A stretch of DNA of 63,668 nt, counting the filler, from Octopus bimaculoides (lineage: Eukaryota): NCBI RefSeq assembly GCF_001194135.2. It is 5 parts of 4 records of this genome, joined end to end, with 100 filler letters (N's around TTAATTAATTAA, not from the genome) between each part and the next. Parts side by side here need not be neighbours in the genome. Positions count along the whole stretch, not along the records: positions 1 to 27,267 come from NC_068984.1; 4 more parts are not named here. One strand, 5' to 3'. Each line of letters opens with the position of its first letter. Positions within the stretch are counted from its first letter, which is position 1. A program made the translations under genes and the position numbers. The notes under the pieces are model-generated. The model saw nothing but the letters and a program-made list of their open reading frames with translations, did no database searches and had not been told where the DNA came from. Positions 13,238-25,897 of this stretch are shown piece by piece.

Positions 13238-13857
13238 TATTATATAAAATACCAGTCTGTGCAGCATACACAGATACATCGTTGGAAGCTTGATGAACCG
13301 TAGTATTCGTATCGAGTAGCATCTCTTATAGACGTATTGTGTAAAAATACATAAATATGAGTTGCAGACAGAAATCGTGCAGTAGTAGTAATATTGCTAA
13401 ATTACTAATAGTTGCCAGTAGATGCTTGCCACTGACGAAGCTCAAAGAGGCAAAAATACGTATTTAGTAATGCCATCACCATGTTGGAAAGTTTGTGACT
13501 GTTTTTGATATATTTCCTTTTCTTTTAACATTATATGTCTATAAAAGATACATCATCATATTTTTAACGGTCCTCAATCTTGGAAGAAAGATAAACTTCT
13601 AAACGTTACAGTCTGTATGGGAATTCAATTTATCCTCATCTTCTCATTGTAAACTACGTACAGTAAGAAATTAGTATGTCACCTACTGAAATATTTTTAA
13701 TTTACCAGTGCGCGCATGCTTGACGTAATTTATGCCTAAACTTTTAATATTCAATACACTGGAAAGACTTCAGCCTCTAAATTCATTATTAATTAGAATA
13801 AGTTTATCATCTGAAAATGCCTGTCAGGATTCTCTTATCAAATCCTCCATACATACA

Positions 13858-13891
<34 letters not shown>

Positions 13892-14736
13892 CATGCATAC
13901 ATACGTACATACATACATACATACATACATACATACGTACATACGTACATACGAACATACGTACATGCATACATACATACATACATATAACTACTCTTAT
14001 ATACACAGAAAGGTAGCTATACAGTAGAAATAGACAAGGTTAAGGCATGCACTGGATAAAAAATTTAACTTATTCTAACTTTTACAGATTCTAGAACCTA
14101 TTTCTTGTAATTTAACCCTCCCCTACACGCACGCACCCACTCCCACACACCCACTCCCACACACCCACACAGGCACACCCACCCACACAGGCACACCCAC
14201 CCACACACGCACACTCACCCATACGCACGCACGCACTTCGTGTTTCCATGTCCTTTGGGACAAGCGATTGTACTTCTTTGGTATCAATTACACAAATGGA
14301 ATGATGAATACATACCTTACGTGTCATGCTACCGTATCAGAACAAATAACTATTTTCCTTAACTTAGGTCATTTTATACCTTTTATGATAAGTATGAATC
14401 TCTCAGATATGCAGTAGAACACCTGCTATGTCCATTTCTACTGACCATGGCTACGTAGTCTCCGTTGCTGCTGGCATGTCATGTCTTTCAGCCTTTACAG
14501 AGTTCAAACAGCATTGAGCATCAGTCATGATGTCGAAATTTTGACATACGGCGCGAATCATCATAATACATGTAACACTTTTCCAATATTCAGACGGCTT
14601 CCAGTTCTCCAAATCAGCGAACTATTTCTCAACTACAACTTTAATTTTTATGCTCTCCAACGTTGTTTACTATTCACTGATACATAAAGCTGTTCCTGAA
14701 AATACAAGACATAAAGTTAGTCAAATTTCACCCGAA

Positions 14737-14794
<58 letters not shown>

Positions 14795-15030
14795 TTTATA
14801 CACACACATATTATACACATACACACACACATATATGCACATATATACTTATGCATGTATATATGTATGTGCATATGTATGTGTGTTTGTATATATACTC
14901 CGGCACACAATACATATAGACATACGTACATACATGTATATATATAGATATATATAAGTCAGTAAATGTTGGGGTTGTGTTGACCGCACGTGGAGAGATA
15001 ATAGGAAAAGAAAAAATAATAATAATGAAA

Positions 15031-16158
15031 AGGTAGAATGCTAAACTGAAAACATATTTTAATATATATGTGTGTAAGAAAGTAAGAAGGGTTAAAAAGG
15101 GTTTCTAATCGGCTTTCATTGCATGGCAAATTTTCAAGAAGGGGGGAAAATGAAAATAATGTTTTTTACAAAAAAATGATAAGTATATAAAAAAAAAATA
15201 TATCAATACATTATATTGTCTTTGAGCTTTTGAAGTTCAATGGTAGTCCATGTAGATAATTGTTAGAAAGATTAGGATGCATGTATTTTAGTTTTAGTGT
15301 TATGTTTAAAAAGGCTGAATGCTTATGTGTCAAACAGGAAATGGAGATAAGGGGAGACAATTTTTGGGGTTTTAGGTTTAAAATCAAGACCAACTTCTCT
15401 TATTTCTCCGGGAACCTCATTTACGTTCTCACATGCACAGGTTGCCAACACAACTATATTAGACAGACGAGCCTCCCTTTGCGTAAAAGAGTATCAGTCC
15501 ATAAAGAACAATTAAATGTTCCACAACACCGCGAAATTCCACTCAGTGGCCACATAGACTCTTGTGCCAGAAACAAAAATCCTAAATTCCTTATATTCCC
15601 TTTCTATCAATGTAAAGACAGAATCTCTACAAATGAAAGAATCAACAAGGAGAATCTTTTTATAGAGAAATTTCAAACGCTTCTTAACATACAAACTCCT
15701 CGGTGACCATATTCCCTTCTCTCGCCTACCCAATGAAATACATATAAATTTACTTCTTGTTTTTCTAAGAACAGACATAAACTTCCTGTTTAAAAAGAGT
15801 CCATAGCCCCAACTAAAGAGTATAAAATCCACAGAATTGTCTCCCCTTATCTACATTTCCTGTTTGACACAAACATTCAGCCTTTTTAAACATAACACTA
15901 AAACTTAAATACATGCATCCTAATCTTTCTAACAATTATCTACATGGACTACCATTGAACTTTAAAAGCTAAAAGACAATATAATGTATTGGTATATTTA
16001 TTTTTTCATATACTTATTATTTTCTTTGTAAAAAAACAGTATTTTCATTTTCCCTCTTCTTGAAAATTTGCCATGCAATGAAAGCCAGTTAGAAACCCTT
16101 TTTAACCCTTCTTACACACATCTATATTAAAATATGTTTTCAGTTTAGCATTCTGCCT
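15031..16158 (+). mobile_element. Penelope-like element: GIY-YIG fragment plus 3' tail, with an inverted copy of the tail at the 5' end
   Basis: 15031-15362 is the reverse complement of 15835-16158 (~330 bp, high identity). The endonuclease fragment lies between the arms. Confidence 0.85.
15363..15706 (+). pseudogene. Penelope-type GIY-YIG endonuclease fragment
   Basis: NLIYVLTCTGCQHNYIRQTSLPLRKRVSVH...SGHIDSC...ERINKENLFIEKFQTLLN contains the GIY/YIG motifs with CxxC, Arg, His, Glu and Asn. Confidence 0.85.
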
Positions 16159-16903
16159 NNNNNNNNNNATATATATATATATATAAGCAATGTGCTAACT
16201 GTCGATAATTTGTCTTGCTGGTCTGATGTTAAAGAAGTCTTCATTAAAAGCCTTAGACCTAAAGTTAATACAATAATACAGATTTAGTCAATGAATTCTC
16301 TGAATTCCACATTTGGAAAACAATTGAGCGAATTGATTTTTTAAAGTACTGAGTGTAATATAAAAAAAATAGAAAAGGAAACACAATATTGAAATATGAT
16401 TGCATTTTATTTGTGCTACATACCATTCATAATATTTGACAATAATGGAAAGAAAACACAAATGTTTTTGTCTAAGCCGAAATGATCTTTGAAATTTCGT
16501 TAGTAAAAGAGACATTTTGATTAAATGATGTAAGTGAAATAGATTTTGTTTTTTTTACCAAGGATATAACTACATTTCTAACGTATAAGTAATCAGAAGT
16601 TTCCCCGAACCCATACAAAATACTTTACAGTATGTCTCGCTTCACAGTCATATGCCTTTTCGAGTTCTACAATGCAGGCGTACACTTCTTGGCAATGTTC
16701 ACACGATTTCTCAGAGATCTGCTCAGGTAATGCTGAGTAAGTGCTATGGATAAACCATTGTTATGCTCCAGGTTCGGTGATTATGCGAATAAGGAGCCTA
16801 ACGTAGGTCATATATCAGCGTGTGTATATATAAACATTTTTTTTCTCAGAACGAGATAAAAAAACCAAGGCTGTGAAGATTTTAGAACATTTATAAATAG
16901 AAG

Positions 16904-16951
16904 GTCTTACAGATGTTTCCAGGATGTTTATTATACCCCTTCATCGAAGAC
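16904..16951 (-). ncRNA. Degenerate hammerhead motif
   Basis: GTCT-TCGATGA-A-GGGG...TCCTG-GAAAC-ATCT-GTA-AGAC. Stem I GTCT/AGAC is intact; core and stem II are mutated. Confidence 0.45.
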
Positions 16952-17937
16952 GGTGTGAGAAAATGGTTAAGCAAAAGTTAATTTAGATAAGATACGAAAT
17001 AGAGAGTGAAATGGAGGAATGAAAATAGATGTGAGATATGCAGGGATATTGCATTTGTAGTTCCATTATTTAGGTAGAATGGTATACATATAAGATTCTA
17101 ATACCTTGTGAGTAAAAGTTCTATAGATATATAAGTAACAAATACACACATATAAATACATACATACGTATATNNNNNNNNNNNNNNNNNNNNNNNNNNN
17201 NNNNNNNNNNNNNNNNNNNNNNNNNNNNNNNNNNNNNNNNNNNNNNNNNNNNNNNNNNNNNNNNNNNNNNNNNNNNNNNNNNNNNNNNNNNNNNNNNNNN
17301 NNNNNNNNNNNNNNNNNNNNNNNNNNNNNNNNNNNNNNNNNNNNNNNNNNNNNNNNNNNNNNNNNNNNNNNNNNNNNNNNNNNNNNNNNNNNNNNNNNNN
17401 NNNNNNNNNNNNNNNNNNNNNNNNNNNNNNNNNNNNNNNNNNNNNNNNNNNNNNNNNNNNNNNNNNNNNNNNNNNNNNNNNNNNNNNNNNNNNNNNNNNN
17501 NNNNNNNNNNNNNNNNNNNNNNNNNNNNNNNNNNNNNNNNNNNNNNNNNNNNNNNNNNNNNNNNNNNNNNNNNNNNNNNNNNNNNNNNNNNNNNNNNNNN
17601 NNNNNNNNNNNNNNNNNNNNNNNNNNNNNNNNNNNNNNNNNNNNNNNNNNNNNNNNNNNNNNNNNNNNNNNNNNNNNNNNNNNNNNNNNNNNNNNNNNNN
17701 NNNNNNNNNNNNNNNNNNNNNNNNNNNNNNNNNNNNNNNNNNNNNNNNNNNNNNNNNNNNNNNNNNNNNNNNNNNNNNNNNNNNNNNNNNNNNNNNNNNN
17801 NNNNNNNNNNNNNNNNNNNNNNNNNNNNNNNNNNNNNNNNNNNNNNNNNNNNNNNNNNNNNNNNNNNNNNNNNNNNNNNNNNNNNNNNNNNNNNNNNNNN
17901 NNNNNNNNNNNNNNNNNNNNNNNNNNNNNNNNNNNNN

Positions 17938-18080
17938 TCATCACCATTCTCTGCTGGAGCCTCGTGGAGCTTTAGGTGTTTTCGCTCAATAAACACTCAG
18001 AACTCCCAGTCTGGGAATCGAAACCGCGATGCTATGACCGCGAGTCCGCTGCCCTAACCACTGGGCAATTGCGCCTCCAC
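17938..18080 (-). mobile_element. SINE family B, 5' part
   Basis: Reverse complement of 44781-44920 with A and B boxes; runs into a gap. Confidence 0.85.
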
Positions 18081-18121
18081 ACACAAACATATACACACAC
18101 ATACATATATATACATATATA

Positions 18122-18258
18122 CGACGTGCTTCTTTCAGTTTCCCTCCACCAAATCCACTCACAAGGCTTTGGGCGGCCCGAGGCTATAGTAGAAGACACT
18201 TGTCCAAGGTGCTACGCAGTGGGAATGAACCTGGAACCATGTGGTTTGTAAGCTAGCT
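18122..18258 (-). mobile_element. SINE family C, 5' part
   Basis: Matches the CTTCTTTCAGTTTCC..CCAAATCCACTCACAAGGCTTTGG..GAGGCTATAGTAGAAGACACTTG consensus. Confidence 0.85.
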
Positions 18259-18318
18259 ACTATATATATTTAACAAATGGTATAGACAGAAAATGGAATA
18301 TACGAGAAATTTTATTTC

Positions 18319-18423
18319 TCACAGCGATCGTTTCGACCCATCCTGCATTTGATCCCTTGCGAGTGGGATACTGTACACCTAGTTATAGTACATCCCTCGG
18401 TGCAGAAGCGTCTCGTCAGGTGA
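18319..18423 (-). ncRNA. Hammerhead motif with ~78-nt extended stem II (family HH-B)
   Basis: TCAC-CTGACGA-GACGCTTCTGCA...TGCAGGATGGGTC-GAAAC-GATC-GCT-GTGA. Stem I TCAC/GTGA; U16.1 reads C. The tail ends in the TTCCATTTTCT motif. Confidence 0.65.
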
Positions 18424-18613
18424 TGTTATAAGGAGTATCTTGTTATAAAAATCTGTTTCGCTCGGTTTTGATATAGCATGTTGTCAGTGACCGTAGGTTT
18501 AAGCTGTTGAGCCGTTGGAATATTATGGGCAACTATCTACATGGATTTAATAGTAAATCAAAGAAAAATAAGAAAAGTAAAATAATGATAATTAATTAGT
18601 TAGTTAGCTAGTT

Positions 18614-18617
18614 AGAT

Positions 18618-18648
<31 letters not shown>

Positions 18649-18649
18649 C

Positions 18650-18700
<51 letters not shown>
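18614..18700 (+). repeat. (GATA)n microsatellite
   Basis: Direct reading. Confidence 0.95.
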
Positions 18701-18799
18701 CAAATATAAATACATATCTGCATGGTTTGAAGCACAGCTGATAGACAAAAGTGCAATGTTCTACTGGTTTGATCGGATCAGTTCGTGAGATATGATCTC

Positions 18800-19140
18800 T
18801 TTGAACCGCCATATATCAGTTCAAATACGAAACCGACTTGCAAGTCCTTTCACATGCAAAACACGCCATATTAACCCGTCTAGGTGGAAGAGCGTTGCTG
18901 CTCTATCATGGGACTTCAGACAGTTGACGTGTCCAGCCTTTGAAAAGAGTACACGACCACACATTTCATACTTCCAACAGGCCATGTTATGCGTTTGGAG
19001 GATAATAAAATTCTAAAGCAGCTGTAGCTGTTCTCCGGTGAGCTGTGCACTGGAACGTAGTCATTATCACAACCACAATCAGAAGGAACTGTCAATCAAT
19101 GTAAAGAACTGTGAAGAAATAGTTGACTACAAATTTTTGT
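18800..19140 (+). mobile_element. Degenerate RTE-clade LINE 3' fragment
   Basis: FHMQ-TRHINPSRWKSV...GHVMRLEDNKILKQL*LFSGELCTG resembles the RTE GHVxRMxDxRxPKQLLYGEL motif. Confidence 0.65.
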
Positions 19141-20487
19141 GGGGTTTCTGTAAACATAAATCTAACCTAGCTTTACAAATAGATTCACATTTACACTTCG
19201 AGTTATGAATGTGAATTTATTTACACAATTATCCACACATAAACACACATGCACAAATACACGCACACATATGTATACACCTACACACACATAATTATTA
19301 AAAAAAGACTCACCAGAAATATAGGCTAAAAGAAGCTATGTTAGTTAGTAAGTACTCGATAAACGAGATAAAGTAGCTGAACTGAATGGAAAGAATAATT
19401 CAAGCATATATATTAAAATAAAATATGCTTACGTAAAACTTTCTAGCAGATTGATCAGCTGTCTAGAGTTTCGCTGATTGTGTATTATGTACCGATGGCC
19501 GTATTGTTTGTTTGTTTATTTAAAACTGACCCTACGTAAACATGATCGCCTGACATAGATATTGTAATGATATAATCAAGGCCAGTGAAAAGATTCAACA
19601 GATTGTAACATAAGTTGGGATCTTGTACTCAACCGTAGCGTAAACAATAAACAGGAAATGATAAGGCAACATTGAACTATTTTTTATTGTCATTTTCGTT
19701 TGTTTGTTTATTGTTTCTACTGATTTCAGTTACTGGAGTCTGGCCATGCTGGGTACCATATTGAAAGTTTTAGTCGATTATATCGATCCTAGTACATATT
19801 GCATTTCATTACTGATTTTATCGTTCTGTGTCATAAGTTAATAGTCAATAGGAGACTACAGTAGAAAAAACTTAATCTTTACACTTGATCTCTTTCTTTC
19901 TATCTAATTTCGCTAATATTTACCTTCTAATCGCTATTAACTCCTCTTCTCTGCTATATCATACATGATGACACACACAGACACACACACACACGCAGAC
20001 ATGCACATAGACGTTTCCCTGTACAACTGTAGGTACTACCCAGTTCACACTAACATTGGAAGAAGTACAAAACACGCGGCTTAATAACACACGCAAATAC
20101 ATACACACGTACACAGTCATATACATAAGCACACATAATCTATACTCTTCACAGTTACCTCCTCTTAATGCTACACAGATACATACTTTCATAATTTATG
20201 TATGTATCTGTAGTTTTCTACTCCATTGATCTCGTTCATGTGAAACATAGCTCTATCTCTTCCAGCTATTCAAATCTATCATTTTCAATAGAACCTATCC
20301 AACACATGTATATCTTTTAATCCCGTTTTCTCCCTTTACTTCCTCTACATTTTTTACTAACTTTCTGAAGTAGCGCTTAAATTCGAAACGTTGTAGACAG
20401 CTCTACATTCATAATCTCTCATTGACATTAAAATAATATATACACTTTGATTTCACTTTGGTTTCTGAGTTATTTTCAACGTTGATT

Positions 20488-20523
<36 letters not shown>

Positions 20524-20585
20524 GCCATGATAGATCGCTGACCACTACACACATTTTTTTTATCTCCTTGTTTCTTTCCGCGTTC

Positions 20586-20620
20586 CTTTCTGTAGAAGAG
20601 ATAAGCTCAAAACGTTAAAG
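20586..20620 (+). ncRNA. Minimal hammerhead motif (family HH-A), two core mismatches
   Basis: CTTT-CTGTAGA-A-GAG..CTC-AAAAC-GTT-AAAG. A weaker second motif (CTGAAGT...CGAAACGTT) lies at 20365-20392. Confidence 0.5.
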
Positions 20621-21450
20621 ACTTTCTCAATTCCCGAGCGTTATACTAATACATCTGCTTGTTTTCTACACCACTTGTCTTCGTCTGTTGTTTNNNNNNN
20701 NNNNNNNNNNNNNNNNNNNNNNNNNNNNNNNNNNNNNNNNNNNNNNNNNNNNNNNNNNNNNNNNNNNNNNNNNNNNNNNNNNNNNNNNNNNNNNNNNNNN
20801 NNNNNNNNNNNNNNNNNNNNNNNNNNNNNNNNNNNNNNNNNNNNNNNNNNNNNNNNNNNNNNNNNNNNNNNNNNNNNNNNNNNNNNNNNNNNNNNNNNNN
20901 NNNNNNNNNNNNNNNNNNNNNNNNNNNNNNNNNNNNNNNNNNNNNNNNNNNNNNNNNNNNNNNNNNNNNNNNNNNNNNNNNNNNNATATATATATATATA
21001 TATATATACATACATACATATATGTATATATATATACAAAATGGGCCAAGAACGCAAAACATCCAGACAGTTAGGTGATAAAAAGGGACAACAAAATATA
21101 CAAAGGGACAACAAAACATACAAAGAAAACAAGGACGGGTCATTCGGGGTTTTCTTTCCTCAGTCGAGTTTCAGATTATCTTTGCAATTTCGGCTGGTTA
21201 TACTCGAGATTGCTCCAATCTGGCTAGCCCCAAGGAAAAACTAAGCTAAGAGCATTAGATTCATTGGAAGAAAGCAGCGAATGTATACGAAAACAAGGAT
21301 GAAAAAAAAACGGAGAATGTTACTCAAATAAGAAAACAACATACCATGGTATGTAAACAATGTCACAGAACCGCTTGTGTAGGACGGAAGATTGCAAAGA
21401 AAAAGCACTGACACCGTAGTAAATCTCTAGCGTTCGAGCTGTGCAAAGAC

Positions 21451-21612
21451 AATGAATAATTACAACAACGACAATAACAATAATGATGATGATAATAATA
21501 ATGATAATGACAATGTAAAAATAATAATAAAAATAATAATATTAATAATAGCAACGATAATAATAATAGTAATAATGATAATAATAATAGTGATAATGAT
21601 AATAATGATAAT

Positions 21613-21707
<95 letters not shown>

Positions 21708-21710
21708 TAA
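21451..21710 (+). repeat. (AAT)n/(AAC)n/(GAT)n compound microsatellite
   Basis: Direct reading; abuts the 5' end of the retrotransposon. Confidence 0.95.
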
Positions 21711-21711
21711 T

Positions 21712-23197
21712 TTGCTAAATAGAACTAGATGCGGATACAAATGTTATGGAAAAGCAATCAGCCACCTCTTATATATGGATGACCTAAAACTATACGCTAC
21801 AAACGATAAACAGCTGGAAACACTACTACAGACAGTACATGGATTTACCAATGAAATAGATATGAAATTTGGATTAGAAAAATGTGCCAAAGCAACCCTG
21901 AAAAGAGGAAAACTAGTTAAGAGTAGCAACATCACACTAGATAAAGCCAATGAAATAAGAGAATTAGACCAAAGCCAGCCATACAAATATTTAGGAATCA
22001 ATGAACTAGATAGGATACAACACACACAAATGAAAGAGAAAATAAAGAAAGAATACTATGGATGAGTTAGATCAATACTAAAAACAGAGATCAATGTTAA
22101 AAGCAAGATAATAGGTATTAACACTTTAGCCGTCCCAGTTATAAGTTACAGCTACAATATTCTTAATTGGACACTAATCGAACTATCTAAAATAGACAGG
22201 AAAACAAGAAAAATAATGACAGGATCTAGGATGCACCACCCAAAATCTGACATAGAAAGGCTATATATACAACGTACAGAATGTGGTAGGGGTCTTATAT
22301 AGCTGGAAAACTATTATAAAATAACCACCATAGGACTGCAAAAATACCTACTTCAGAAGCATGGAAAACTAATACAAATAGCCACAAAACACGAGCAAAA
22401 CAAAAAACTGTTTTCAGTATTTAAGGAAGCTGACAAATACAAACAAGAAATCATACTACGTAATNNNNNNNNNNNNNNNNNNNNNNNNNNNNNNNNNNNN
22501 NNNNNNNNNNNNNNNNNNNNNNNNNNNNNNNNNNNNNNNNNNNNNNNNNNNNNNNNNNNNNNNNNNNNNNNNNNNNNNNNNNNNNNNNNNNNNNNNNNNN
22601 NNNNNNNNNNNNNNNNNNNNNNNNNNNNNNNNNNNNNNNNNNNNNNNNNNNNNNNNNNNNNNNNNNNNNNNNNNNNNNNNNNNNNNNNNNNNNNNNNNNN
22701 NNNNNNNNNNNNNNNNNNNNNNNNNNNNNNNNNNNNNNNNNNNNNNNNNNNNNNNNNNNNNNNNNNNNNNNNNNNNNNNNNNNNNNNNNNNNNNNNNNNN
22801 NNNNNNNNNNNNNNNNNNNNNNNNNNNNNNNNNNNNNNNNNNNNNNNNNNNNNNNNNNNNNNNNNNNNNNNNNNNNNNNNNNNNNNNNNNNNNNNNNNNN
22901 NNNNNNNNNNNNNNNNNNNNNNNNNNNNCATAGTAGGTGCCTTAGGTATAATAAAAAAATATTCAGATAAATACATAACAAAAACACCAGGACTTACAAA
23001 TATATATAACATACAGAAAATTGCACTACTGGGCACTGCACACATCCTACGCAAAACACTTTCAATACGGTAACCATAAGAGCATCACAGCAAACCACAG
23101 CACATACCCAAGGCACACAGAGCTGCGCTCGGTAGTGAAGTGAGAAAGCACGTTATAAAAATAAAACTACTGAATAATAATAATAATAATAATAATG

Positions 23198-23247
<50 letters not shown>
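21712..23247 (+). mobile_element. R4/Dong-like non-LTR retrotransposon, copy 1 (5'-truncated, internal gap, 3' UTR and (AAT)n tail)
   Basis: HLLYMDDLKLYA, KFGLEKCAK, YKYLGI, RLYIQRTECGRGL; after the gap IVGALG...IQKIALLGTAHILRKTLS, then UTR and (AAT)n at 23173-23247. Confidence 0.9.
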
Positions 23248-25085
23248 CTTAGACATGGATCCAAGAAACACTAGCCATGGACAAGGTAGCACCAACAATC
23301 ATAAAATATATAATGCATTCGATGAATAAATGACAGGCAGTGCTAGAAATCCAAACAAAAGAGGGACTCATAAAAACCAAAGCCATCTCCCTTAGAAGAG
23401 GAATATTACAGGGGGACCCGTTGTTCCCACTCCTTTTCTTCTTGGTACTGACACATTTATCTGACATGCTAAGCAGAACTGGATGTGAATACAAATGTTA
23501 CGACAAAACAATCTGCCACCGCTTATATATGAATGATCTAAAACTGTATGCTACGAATGATAAACAGCTGGAAACATTACTACAGACAGTACATGGATTT
23601 ATCAAAGAAATAAATATGAAATTTTGCTTAGAAAAAATGTGCCAAAGCAACCTTGAAAAGAGGAAAACTCGTTAGGAGTAGCAACATCACATTGGATAAA
23701 TTAGACGAAATAAGAGAACTAGACCAAAGCCAGACGTACAAATACTTAAGAATCAATCAATTAGATACAATACTCAAAAATGAAAAAGAAAATAAAAAAG
23801 AACACGATAGACGAGTTAGATTAATACTGAAAAGAGAGCTCAATGCGAAAAACAAGATAATAGGTATGCACATTCTAGCTGTTCCAGTTATAATTTACGG
23901 CTACAATATCCTTAACTGGACTATAAATGAACCAATCAAAATAGACAGGAAAACAAAAAAAATAATGACAGAGTTTAGGATGCACTACCCAAAATAATGA
24001 CAGGGTTTAGGATGCACCACCATAGAAAGGTTATATATACAACGTACTGAAGGTGGTAGAGGCCTCATACAGCTAGAAAACTATTACAAAATAACCACCA
24101 TAGGACTATGTAAGCCCCTACTTCAGAAGGTAGGAAAAGTAATACAAATAGCCGCATGACACGAACAAAACAAAAAACTGTTTGAAGTCTTAAAGGAACC
24201 TAATAAATACAAAAAAGAAGTCATACTACCTAACAACTATGAAGAGAAAGAAGAAACTACAAAAGCTGTAAAATAACTGGAATCGAAACTAAAACTGGAA
24301 CAGCATCGGATCATGAAGAAACGATGCCAAGAAAAGCCCCTTCATGGCAAATATTGGGTTAGACTAAACAGAAAAGAAATAAGACAAAGCAAAATCCCAA
24401 CAATGGCTAAGAAGCTCAGGACTCAAAACAGAGACTGAAGGATTTTAATTGCAGCACAAGATCAAGCCTTCCCACCAGAAACTGCCAAAAACATGTAATG
24501 AAAATAAATACAAATACCTGCAGAATACATGGAGATGGAGAAGAAACAATAAATCATGTTGTCTCTGGCTGCCCAGTCCTGGCTAAGAAGGAATATATTC
24601 CCAGACATGACAGAGTTGGGATCTATATACACTGGAATCTATGCCAACACTATGGAATAGCAACAGAAAAAATGATTGCATAGGCACACGCCAGAAAAGG
24701 TCACAGCAAATGAGAAAGCAACCTTACTCTAGGATGTGTCAATACACACAGATAAAGAAATTAAGGGCAAAAGGCCGGATATAGTTGTCAGAAATCACCA
24801 AGAAAAAATGCTTTCTAATCGATGTATCAGTAACAACAGATGACAATGTTTCCCTAAAAGAAACGGATAAATTTTCAAAATACAAAGAATCTGGAAATAG
24901 AGCCAACTCGAATGTAGAGCCTAAAAACAGAAACAATTCCTATCATGTTAGGCGCATTAGGTATGATAAAAAAAAAAACACTCAGACAAATACATAACAA
25001 AAAGACCAGGACTAACAAGTATACATAGCGTACAGAAAATAGCACTACTACCGTACACATCCTACCTAAAACACATTCAATAAGC
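23248..25085 (+). mobile_element. R4/Dong-like non-LTR retrotransposon, copy 2 (5'-truncated, more degenerate)
   Basis: RGILQGDPLFPLLF, LYMNDLKLYA; CCHC region CRIHGDGEETINHVVSGC, RHDRV; RLE motif RPDIV...CFLIDVSV...KETDKFSKY. Many frameshifts. Confidence 0.9.
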
Positions 25086-25102
25086 GCTCCACAACAGCAC
25101 AT

Positions 25103-25215
25103 TTTATCCTATTGGGGTCGATAAAATAAGACCCAGTGGATACTGGGGTCGATGTAATCGACTCATCCCCACCTCCCCCAGGTTGCCCTTGTGGCAAAAA
25201 TTCGAAATAATTATC
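25103..25215 (+). mobile_element. SINE family D, 3' part
   Basis: GGGGTCGATAAAATAAGACCCAG..TACTGGGGTCGATGTAATCGAC consensus. Confidence 0.75.
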
Positions 25216-25311
25216 AAAAGGATTTACACGTAACTTTTCACAAAGGTAAACGGACAATATTGTTCAAAATATCTATTGCAATCGCAATGCGCTCTTCGTC
25301 TTGTCTGTTTA

Positions 25312-25480
25312 ATAATAATAATCCTTTCTACAAGGCCTGGAATTGGGGGTGGGGATAATCGATCCCAGTACAGAACTGATATGTATCTTATCCGCCTCGA
25401 TTAGATGAAGAGCAAAGTTGACCTCGGCAGAATTTGAACTCAGAACGTGAAGACGGACGAAATGCCACTAAACACCTCGC
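25312..25480 (-). mobile_element. SINE family D
   Basis: CAAAGTTGACCTCGGCAGAATTTGAACTCAGAACG (B box GTTCAAATT on minus strand) and an (ATT)n tail. Confidence 0.8.
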
Positions 25481-25681
25481 TTGTTTGTGTATGTGTGTGT
25501 GTGTGCGTACGTGTGCATATATGTGCATGCATGTATATAAAAATAAACATGAAAATAAACATTCAGAATACTGTTTAATCAGTTGAACTACATATGGATT
25601 TAATTACGACATTGGTTAACTAGTTTCTCACCATTAATCCTTTCCTCTCTACAGCATACTCCTGCTGAAGCAGCTCAAGTG

Positions 25682-25897
<216 letters not shown>

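Noticed and set aside
13432-13460. CTGACGA-AG-CTC-AAA-GAG hammerhead-like half
   Set aside because: The GAAAC half and stem I are missing; at most a remnant.
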